A DNA stretch of 64,000 nt from Octopus vulgaris (lineage: Eukaryota). Position numbers and translations under genes: made by a program. The notes beneath the pieces are model-generated. The model saw only the letters and a list, made by a program, of their open reading frames with translations. It was not told where the DNA came from and made no database searches. Positions within the stretch are counted from its first letter, which is position 1, and every line of letters begins with the position of its first letter. The stretch is from contig OX597815.1 in assembly GCA_951406725.2 (NCBI GenBank), positions 114,142,001-114,206,000 of the forward strand, in the 5' to 3' direction. Below are positions 1-10,639 of this stretch, piece by piece.

Positions 1-2550
1 CTCCCACTGTCATCCCTGAATGCCTCGGCTACCACCACCACCTCCGCCTCTATCACAACCACAGCTTATATTATTTCTATCACCCCATTACCATCAGTGT
101 TCAGTATGTTTGTTCGGTATGTTATTTCAGTATGCAGGTTGAGTGTACAGTCCCTTTCTCTCTCACATACCCACTTGTTCTCATTATTACCCCCACTGCT
201 ACCATCAACACTACTACTTTTAATAAAACATCATCAACTCTCCCTAAATTTTTTGTCTCTCTTTCTCTCCCTCCCTTTTTCTTTCTGTCTTCGCCACCAC
301 CCTCACCATCTCTATGCCTACTATTACTCTCACCCCAGCATGAGCAATAGTAGAAATGTCATTGAATAGTGAGAGAAGGGGTCAAAGTGTGATACACTGA
401 CACACAGAAAGTAGTTTTCGCATTTATTACATTAGATATATATATATATATATATTATACATACATATATCATCATCATTTTTTAACGTCTGCTTTCCAT
501 GCTGTCATGGGTTGGATGGTTTGACAGGAGCTGACCAGACACCAATTGTTTCTTATAGCATGGTTTCTATAGCTGGATGCCCTTCCTAATGCCAACCACT
601 TTATAGAGTGTGCTAGGTGCTCTTTCCATGCCACTGGCACGAGTGCATTTAGGCAGCACCGGCACAAGTGCATTTTATGTTGTACCGGTACTAGCACCTG
701 TAAAGGACAAGCCTGTATACATACATAAATGTATATCCTCATTGGTTTAATTCTCATTTTTCTATGCCTGCATGAGTCAAACAGAATTTTGTGGAGGTGG
801 ATTTTTTTACAACCACATGCTCTTCCTGTTGCCAACCCTTACCTGTCTCCTGGGAAGGTAACATTTCTCCTTAACCGGACATGTTTTTAGAAAAGTTTGG
901 AAACAAAGGACACTGCTTGCATGATGGTGTCACTCATTTAGAAATACTGTATGATGTCAAGACAAGGAGAGAGTATCATGCACACATACACGCACACACA
1001 CACACATCTACCAAATTGACTGGAAGGCTTTGGTAGACCCAAGGTTATAGTTAAAGACACTTGCCCAAGGTTCCACATAGTGGCACTGAACCTGAAACCC
1101 TGTGGTTCAGACTTCTAATAGTTACATTGTGCTTCAATCAATATTCTGCATTGTATGTCTGACTTTATAAGACTATTATCTCAAAAATATTTTTCTTAAG
1201 CAAAAATCTTTGGTTGACAGGGGCTTAGTTTTATTTTGATGTATTGAAATATTTGTTGTGACAAAATTACTTCAGCATCTTTTTAATAGCATAATGGCCA
1301 AGAATTGAAAAAAAGATTGCTGGATAGAAAAATTCTTTGTATTGATGTTTATTATAATGGGGTTTCACCAGTCTATCATTGAATTCCAATATATTACTTT
1401 TGAAAATATTAATTGTGGCTATTTCTATGCTATTGAGTTCAGGTTTGGGTTACTAACAATATTTAAAACTTGAATCTTTGTTATATTCTTTAGGCTCACT
1501 TAATTCATGGCCTTCTGTTCAACTCCAGCAATTCTTGAATTAAATTTCATGCAGCACTCTTAAAAATAAACATGTCTTGCTCTCCTTTCACCTTATAAAC
1601 ATCCACATCGTGTTCAGAAACTTCTCAACATATTCCAGAGATAGTTTCTAACCAATTATTATAAGCAATAATTCAATCAAAAACTATTACAGAGAAAAAC
1701 TGCAATAAATGTGCATCACATTTTATTATAAATGTTGGTTCTTTGTCCACCAGCTTCTGTTAAGCAGACTAATGAATAAAAGTATTCAAGCCCTGATCAT
1801 TTCATCTTTGTTTAAAGCATATATGTCTAATACTATATTATCGTAAATCTTTGGAGTTTGGGCCTCACGGAGGCAATGACCAAGACCTCTGGCATTATGT
1901 CGTGCTTGAGAAGAAGACCCATCAAGCTGAGCAAAATTGCCGTCCTGGCAGATACTGGTGTCTTGCCAGTGGCACATAAAAGTACCCATTACACTCTCGG
2001 AGTGGTTGGTGTTAAGAAGGGCATCCAGCCAAAGAAAACCATGCCAAATCAGACAGGATCCTGGTGCAGCCTTCTAGCGTGCCAGCCCAGTCAAGCTGTT
2101 CAACCCATGCCAGCATGGACAACGGACATTAAATTATGTCCCTTTCGCATTTTAAGACCAGAAGATATGAGGTGAGGGAGATTTGGCTGCTGTTTCTAGC
2201 ATGTGAAGCAACTAAGTAGAAGTTCCCTTATTTACTCATATTATAAATGTATGTCATATGTGAATTTTAGACAATCTTCTTTAAAAACCTATGAACACTT
2301 GCAGAGGTTTCTTGATCCAAATAATCTGTCACTTGTGTTCTGTTTACATGTTATGAGTGTATATTATATAAATGGAGAGCAGATCATAACTTAGAAACAC
2401 AATTAATTGAAAAAAACATGCTTCATTTTGTTCTAGTTTCATACATTTGATATTTAATCACCATCAACTCAATAAATATTCAAAAAAATATTCCCCTAGA
2501 AAAAAAAACAACAAAAAATAAAAAGCTGGTTGTAATTAATAAAAACTTAC

Positions 2551-2716
2551 ACTGTTCAGCATACTGGTGAGTTAGTTTACTAACATCAAGAATATATCGC
2601 TCTGTCACATCAGTAAGAACTTCAAGTGGAGTGGAATTGGTAGAATGCCATCCTAGATGTTGGCAGATTTGGGCCACAACAACCCGTAGCATTTGTCGAC
2701 AGTATTCCGTAGTCAT
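2551..2716 (-). CDS. TAF3: TAF3 (TFIID subunit 3) first coding exon, N-terminal histone fold; downstream exons not found in window
   Basis: Translates MTTEYCRQMLRVVVAQICQHLGWHSTNSTPLEVLTDVTERYILDVSKLTHQYAEQ, resembling the TAF3 N-terminus (LRVxVAQICQxLGW...LTDV). Acceptor gtcttctag directly precedes the ATG; donor GTAAGT at 2550, phase 1. Confidence 0.9.
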
Positions 2717-2960
2717 CTAGAAGACAAAGAATTGGACAACAGAATGAGAAAAAGTTCAGAATAAACTTAAACTGATGAGAACATCTAAGTAGCAAAAACA
2801 AGGAAGATGGTCTCAAAAATAGCTGTACCTTATATATATATATATATATATATGGCCTGCTCGCTTAGCCAGCGGGGTGGCGTCATTCGAAGGCTAAAAC
2901 AATGTGAAGCGCATTGTGACCAGCGATGTATAGCAACATCTGATAACCTGGTCGGTCACG

Positions 2961-3031
<71 letters not shown>

Positions 3032-3670
3032 CTCCATGTGTAGCCCCAATTCTGTGTTCCACATCCTTTTCTGAGGTGCACTTGATTGATAAAAAGCTAC
3101 CAAAAGGGTAAAGACATCCTTCAGTTATGAATGACCATAGGATTGCACCTAGAAAGTTCCCCTCTGAGACACAAGACTGGGCAAGGTTGTTTACAGAAGA
3201 CCAGCAGCTGCCCATGCATACCAGCCTCCTCTCTTCACACCACCAATGTTATTCAAGAGAAAGACAAAGGCCAGTACAGCTTGGCACCATTGACATCGCA
3301 ACACATTTCTACAGCTGAGTGAACTGGAGCAACATGAAATAAAGTGTTTTGCTCATGAACACAACACAGCTTAGTCAAGGAATCGAATTCACAACCTCAT
3401 GATTGTGAGCTTGACACAAACCACAGAGGCATGTGCCTTCACTACCAATATATGTGTGGCTGTTGCCAGCCTCGCCTGGCCTCCGTGCCAGTGGCACGTA
3501 AAAAGCACACACTACACTCACAGAGTGATTGGCGTTAGGAAGGGCATCAAGCTGTAGAAACATTGCCAGATCAGACTGGGCCTGGTGCAGCCTTCTGGCT
3601 TCCCAGACCCCAGTTGAACCGTCCAACCCATGCTAGGATGGAAAGCGGACGCTAAACGATGATGATGATG

Positions 3671-3729
<59 letters not shown>

Positions 3730-3736
<7 letters not shown>

Positions 3737-3995
3737 GCGAGAAAGAAGCAACAAGAATGGATAGGTTTTAGTACAATCATTTCATACAAGGACAGGCTTT
3801 ATTAAAAGTTACAAAAATTACAGCATATAAACGTGTCCTGTACTCATCAGCTAAAATACATGTGAGTTCTCTAGAGAACTCACATGTATTTTAGCTGATG
3901 AGTAAGGACACGTTTATATCTGTATTGTAACTTTAAAAAGCCTGTCTGATGATGATTGTACTAAAATATCCATTCTTGTTGCTTCTTCTGCTTAT
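3730..3995. repeat. Fold-back palindrome element carrying a hammerhead motif (Penelope pLTR/retrozyme-like)
   Basis: Loopless centre gagttctc|tagagaactc region at ~3871; arms about 130 bp; preceded by (TA)n. Confidence 0.85.
3766..3856 (-). ncRNA. Minimal type-I hammerhead ribozyme motif (CpG-decayed)
   Basis: ttttag-CTGATGA-gtacaggaca...tgtccttgtat-GAAA-t-gatt-GTA-ctaaaa: stem I 6 bp, stem II about 10 bp, minimal stem III. Confidence 0.7.
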
Positions 3996-4207
3996 ATCAC
4001 CCATTACTGTATTGTTATAACAGTATAGTTTTTTTTTTGGTGCATCTAAGTTAGGTACCATATTCATATTCATTTATTATATCTTTATTGCTTTTTGTAT
4101 ATATATAAATATATATATATATATAGTGCTTACTGTTCCATTAAGGTAAGGTCAACAAAAAAAGTACTTCATCCAATGAGATAGAAATATCATTTAATGT
4201 ATACTGT

Positions 4208-4378
4208 ATTACAGTAAGAGCTACTAATAGTTCCTTGCCATTAAGACATGTGGTTAGGCAGGTTTTGTAATGTGCCTCTTGTCTTCAAGCAATCTTGAAG
4301 ACACAAGTCATGTTATAAAAACTTGCCTAACCACGTGCCTTAATAGCAAAAAACTATTGGTAGTTTCTTATTCTAATA
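4208..4378. repeat. Imperfect long inverted repeat
   Basis: Arms centred on tgtcttcaag-caat-cttgaagaca; gtggttaggcaggtttt pairs with aaaacttgcctaaccac. Confidence 0.8.
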
Positions 4379-4998
4379 TTATGTACATCGTCGTCATCAT
4401 CACATCTGCCTTCCATGCTGGCATAGATTGGATAGTTTGACAGGACTGCACCAAGCTCCACTGTCTGTTTCGGCATGGTTCTTATATATTTCCTTTGCGG
4501 CAGCACACCTGTTTCTGTCTTCATCCCTGATCTCTCTCTCACCACTACAGCAAGACACCTGTTTCTGTCTCTCTGTCTCATTATCTGACACAAGATCACC
4601 TCCTCGCTTCAAAAGATTTTTGCAAGTCTTGCAAGTTACTTGGTGACCCTGTCAATACAGGTGCCGCTTAAAAAGCATCCAGTCCACACTGTAAAGCGAT
4701 TGACATTTGGCAGGGCATCCAGCTGTAAAAATCCTGCCAAAACAGTTACAGAAGTCTGGTGCAGGCTTCTGCTTTGCCAGCTCCTGTTAAACAGTCCCAC
4801 CTATGCTAGCATGGAAGGTGGACGTTAAACAATGATGATAATGATGATGATGACAATAAATTGCACTTCATATTTTGAGGATCCGATGAAGCTATAAGGT
4901 GTTATTCAGGCACTCAACTGCATCTTATAGCAGAAACAGCGGTAAGCTACTGAAGTTCACAAGATAATCATATATTCCTTTGTTATCTTATTTTACTC

Positions 4999-5032
<34 letters not shown>

Positions 5033-5436
5033 GTGCGTGTATGTGTGTGTGTGTGTGTATACTAATTTAAAAGCAGCACTCTGTGCAGACTTTTGAGATA
5101 GCTCCTCCAGAGGGTTAGCTGGGCCTGCAGCCCAAAACTAAAGAAAACAATAATAAAACATTTATTAGTACCCTACTTCAAATGCAGATTAAATGAAAAA
5201 CTTGTAAATTCCCAAACTTTTTTGAGTTCTTTTAAAATTTGAATTTTCAAATGTTAGCATATAACAAATACTCGTTCAGACCTGATCTCAATAGTGGGTG
5301 TTCAAGCAGATTTTCAATCCCAAGATCATCCTGATTCCAAAAAGGTATAATATGTCTATTGTTGTGCAAATGTAGACTGAGATACAGAGGTCTTAGACGG
5401 TCAGACAGACAGAATTTTGTGTTTATCAATATATAT

Positions 5437-6191
5437 ATCATCATCATCATCATTTAACGTCCGCTTTCCATGCTAGCATGGGTTGGACGGTTCAACTGGG
5501 GTCTGGGGAGCCCGAAGGCTGCACCAGGCCAGTCAGATCTGCAGTGTTTCTACAGCTGGATGCCCTTCCTAACGCCAACCACTCCGAGAGTGTAGTGGGT
5601 GATTTTATGTGCCACCGACACAGGTGCCAGACGAGGCTGGCGAACGGCCACGCTCAGATGGTGTTTTTATGTGCCACCGACACAGGTGCCAGACGAGGCT
5701 GGCGAACGGCCACGCTCGGATGGTGTTTTTATGTGCCACCGACACAGGTGCCAGACAAGGCTAGCAGACGACCACGCTCGGATGGTGTTTTTTATGTGCC
5801 ACCGACACAGGAGCCAGATGAGGCTGGCGATCGGCCACGATCGGATGGTGATTGTTACGGGTGCAGTACTGGCTACGGCCAACTTCGGATGGTTTTCTTG
5901 TGTGCCACCGGCACTGGTACCACAAGGATACAAATTCCATTGATGTTCATCTATTTTGATTTTGTTTGATTTTTTGATTTTTTGATTTTCACTTGCCTCA
6001 ACAGGTCTTCACAAGTGTCACAAGAAGGAAGGTATGCACAGGTGGACTGACTACGTCCCAGGTAGGGGCCACGGGTCGGGTTATGGCCTGACTAGTCTTG
6101 CCGGGTCTTCTCACGCACAGCATACTTCCATAGGTCTCGGTCTCTAGTCATTTCCTTGGTGAGACCTAAAGTTCGAAGGTCGTGCTTCACC

Positions 6192-6192
<1 letters not shown>
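5437..6192 (-). mobile_element. RTE LINE 3' fragment with internal 62-bp tandem repeat
   Basis: (CAT)n tail plus the aacgtccgctttccatgctagcatgggttgg 3' end shared by many copies in the window. Confidence 0.75.
5604..5850. repeat. 62-bp minisatellite, about 4 copies
   Basis: gccaccgacacagg unit recurs at 5611, 5673, 5735 and 5798. Confidence 0.9.
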
Positions 6193-6749
<557 letters not shown>

Positions 6750-6787
6750 ATATATCACCACTCGTGTTCGACATCTCCTTTTTTTAA

Positions 6788-6823
<36 letters not shown>

Positions 6824-6864
6824 GTATATATATATATGTATATATATACGTATATATATATATG

Positions 6865-6896
<32 letters not shown>

Positions 6897-6899
6897 TAT

Positions 6900-7037
6900 A
6901 TGGATCTCCATAAAGCCAACTGGGATGCAATCAGGAACGAGCTATCAAATGTTGACTGGTCCTTTACACATACACACATCTCCACCAACCATAAAACATC
7001 TTGGCAGATCTTTGTAGACACCGTCACAGACATATGT
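6900..7037 (+). repeat. Exact 138-bp copy of LINE internal sequence 8012-8149
   Basis: atggatctccataaagcc...gacatatgt is identical at both places. Confidence 0.93.
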
Positions 7038-7066
7038 ATATATATATATGTATATATATATGTATA

Positions 7067-7106
<40 letters not shown>

Positions 7107-7111
<5 letters not shown>

Positions 7112-10100
7112 AAAGAGATACACAAAAACATTCTAGCCATCACTCAACACCATCCTATGCTATTACCCCAGGGCACCAATTCCCCACATTGCTGCCACTA
7201 ACACACACAAAAAAATCCAAGCCCCCTGCAACAGTCAAAACCAGCCACTACACTAACCTCCACATTCCTACTCAATGCACAAGGTGTCAGCCCTTCCATC
7301 AATGCACAAAAAGGGAAGGTCCAATTCATTGAAGACTGGGTTGGTAACCATTCACACCACATCCCTTTCTTCATTCTCACTGAGACCCACCTTGACAACT
7401 CCCACTTGGAAGCCGAAGTGAGAGTGAAGAATTTCACAACCATCCGCGCGGATCGTATCGGCAGGAGGAAGGGTGGAACTGCCATTTTCCTGCATGATTC
7501 ATTTACGGCAGATGGAAATAGTATATTCTCCAACGGCTACTGTGAATCAGTCACCGTGCACAACAAAGCCAATGACCTGACAGTAATTGGGCTCTATAGG
7601 CCGCCCCAAACACCCATACTGTGCTTTAAAGAATGCCTCAACAGCATTAAGTGCTTTATTCAACAGTGCCATTCTAGCAACATACTCATGATGGGAGACT
7701 TCAATCTACCCTGTGTTGACTGGACCACAAACTGTTTGAAACCAAGCACTCCCGCCTCAACCGCTGACAAAGAAGCAGCAGAGTCACTTTTCGACTTTAC
7801 GAATGAGTTTTTCTTGTCCCAACTTGTCCTTGCACCAACAAGACATCAGAACATTTTGGACCTAGTGTTTAGTAACCACACTAACACTATACATAACGTT
7901 ACAGTGGAAAAAACCCTTCTTTCAGACCATGACATGGTTCTCTGTAACATGAAATTCCACCAGCCGAAAGCTAATCCTAGTGACCTTCCTCCAGCCCACC
8001 CATTTGACAACATGGATCTCCATAAAGCCAACTGGGATGCAATCAGGAACGAGCTATCAAATGTTGACTGGTCCTTTACACATACACACATCTCCACCAA
8101 CCATAAAACATCTTGGCAGATCTTTGTAGACACCGTCACAGACATATGTGCAAAACACTCCCCACCAAGACCTGTGAACAAAAAGTGCAGAATCCCCCAA
8201 AACAGAAAAACCATTATCAGAAAAATAAAAAGAACAAACAAAAAAATTAACAAACTAAAGTACTGCCAACAGCAACACACACATTCGACGGCTATCGCAC
8301 TGCTTGAATCCAAAAAATATAACCTCCAACAATGCATGAAGACCCTCATCAATAACCAAAGATCAGCTGAGGAGAAGTGGGCCATTGAAAAAATCAAACT
8401 CAACCCCAAAGTGTTCTTTTCATTTGCGAGGAAACGCAGGGTCACTGTCTCCACTGTAGGCCCTCTAATTGACGAAACTGGCACTCTCCAAGATAATGCC
8501 AAATCCATGGCCGAGATACTGCAGAAACAATACTGCTCTGTTTTCAGCAATCCTGATATGGCCGATCTGGGCTGTATCAGTGATGTCAACCCCCAACACA
8601 CTATATCGGACATAACGTTTAGTGCCCCTGATGTCTTAGCGGCGATAAACGAAATAAAACACAATTCAGCAGTAGGCCCCGATAGGTTCCCTGCTTGTGT
8701 CCTGAAGGTGTGTCGACACCAACTTGCATCTCCCCTTGCTAATCTGTGGAGAAACTCACTGGATGCTGGCTATATTCCAAAAATCTTCTGTCCCAGTTTT
8801 CAAAAAGGGAAACAAGTCCCTTGCAGTGAATTACCGTCCAATCTCACTCACCTCTCATATCATCAAGGTATTTGAGAGGGTGGTGAGATCTCGAATAACC
8901 CAATTTCTGGAAAGCAACAGACGGCTGATCTCCAACCAACATGGGTTCCGTAATGGAAGGGACTGCCTAACGCAGCTCCTGCATCACTTTGAGGACATTT
9001 TGAGAGCTTTGGGAGAGGGCTCCAACACTGATGTCATCTACCTTGATTTCAGTAAGGCCTTCGACAGGGTCGATCACAAGATCCTATTGAAAAAACTATC
9101 CAACATTGGTGTCTCTGGAAAGTTACTGAAATGGATTAAGTGTTTCCTGACAGACAGATCTCAACATGTTGTAGTTGAAGGGGTAAAATCAAGCCCAGCC
9201 AAAGTCAGTAGTGGCGTTCCGCAAGGCACTGTGCTGGGCCCACTTCTTTTCATCATTTACATTAATGACATTAATGACATCATCAAGCACAGCAACATAA
9301 AAATCTTTGCAGATGACTCCAAGCTACAGAAGGTCATAAATGAGGCGAGTGACCGGACATGCCTTCAGTCAGATCTACTGGCTGTTATCCAATGGGCAGA
9401 AAAAAACAATATGCTGCTGAACGAGGATAAATTTGAGCTAATCCACTTTGGAAAAGAGGATGCCCTGAAACTCCCATACTCCCTTCCTTCAGGTGAAACT
9501 CTCGCGGCGTCCAACAACATCAGAGACTTGGGAGTAATTGTGGACAACAACGTAAGCTGGGCCACTCATATAAACACCAAAGTTGACATGGCCCGCAGAA
9601 TGTGTTCCTGGATTCTCAGAACTTTCCAGTCGAGAGATATCCACACCATTATCCTTCTCTTCTCCACTTTTGCCCGACCCCACCTTGAATACTGTTGTCC
9701 ACTGTGGTCTCCCCACACAATACAAGGTATCATAAAAGTTGAAGCACCTCAAAGGGCAATCACAAAAAAGATAGATGGCATGACAGGCCTCGACTATTGG
9801 GGTCGACTAGAAAAGCTAAAACTCTATTCTCTCCAACGTCGTCGTGAGCGCTACATCATCTGCATGATGTGGAAAATATTCCATCAGCATTGCCCAAATG
9901 ATGTTGGCATCACCTTTAAGGTACATCCAAGGCTTGGGCCCCGTGCCATCTGCCCAAAACAAAAATCGCACTCTCATCTCATAACAACAATACGGCACAA
10001 TTATTTCACCTCAATTGGCCCCGCTCTCTTTAACATTACACCAAAACACATTAAAACAGAAACTGACCCTATAGGGTTCAAGAAGTCTTTGGACAGATTC

Positions 10101-10274
10101 CTTCAAGAAATCCCGGATAAACCCCCTACACCCGGATATGTCTCTGTAAACAATAACTCTCTACTTGAGTGGGCCATAGTGCCCAAATTCTGACTTGAAA
10201 GACTTCACCAGGTGGTGCTATTAAGTTAGACATGGCCTGGGCCAATAATGGCCGAAACCTATCAAAGTATCAAA

Positions 10275-10276
<2 letters not shown>
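7107..10276 (+). mobile_element. Nearly intact, 5'-truncated non-LTR retrotransposon (CR1/Jockey-group LINE): APE endonuclease plus reverse transcriptase
   Basis: APE motifs (LLNAQG, ILTETHL, GLYRPP, MGDFN, LDLVF, SDH) and RT motifs (NYRPISL, QHGF, YLDFSKAFD, GVPQGTVLGP, FADD). Short 3'UTR ends in (TATCAAAG)2; (TA)n on both sides. Confidence 0.93.
7202..10193 (+). pseudogene. LINE ORF2 (endonuclease-RT) broken by one frameshift near 8785
   Basis: Frame open from 7202, shifting at GYIPKIF|VPVFKKG; second frame open to TGA at 10193. Confidence 0.88.
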
Positions 10277-10325
<49 letters not shown>

Positions 10326-10508
10326 GCACGTAAAAAGCACCCACTACACTCACGGAGTGGTTGGCGTTAGGAAGAGCATCCAGCCGTAGAAACACTGCCA
10401 GATTTGACTGGGCCTGATGAAGTCTTCTGGCTTCACAGACCCCAGTAGAACCGTCCAACCCATGCTAGCATGGAAAACAGACGCTAAACGATGATGATGA
10501 TGATGATG

Positions 10509-10560
<52 letters not shown>

Positions 10561-10639
10561 ACACATACACACTCATGACAGCTTTATTTCAAGAACACCA
10601 AAGTGGCATTAAGTATCAACCATCCCACCAATGGGTATC

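Noticed and set aside
5247-5390. Possible additional TAF3 exon (PFWNQDDLGIENLLEHPLL)
   Set aside because: No recognisable homology and no convincing donor.
5478-5969. 163-aa repetitive ORF and CRISPR-like periodicity
   Set aside because: 62-bp tandem minisatellite without unique spacers, inside an RTE 3' end in a eukaryotic genome.
7846-8664. 272-aa minus-strand ORF
   Set aside because: Antisense shadow of LINE ORF2; no independent motifs.
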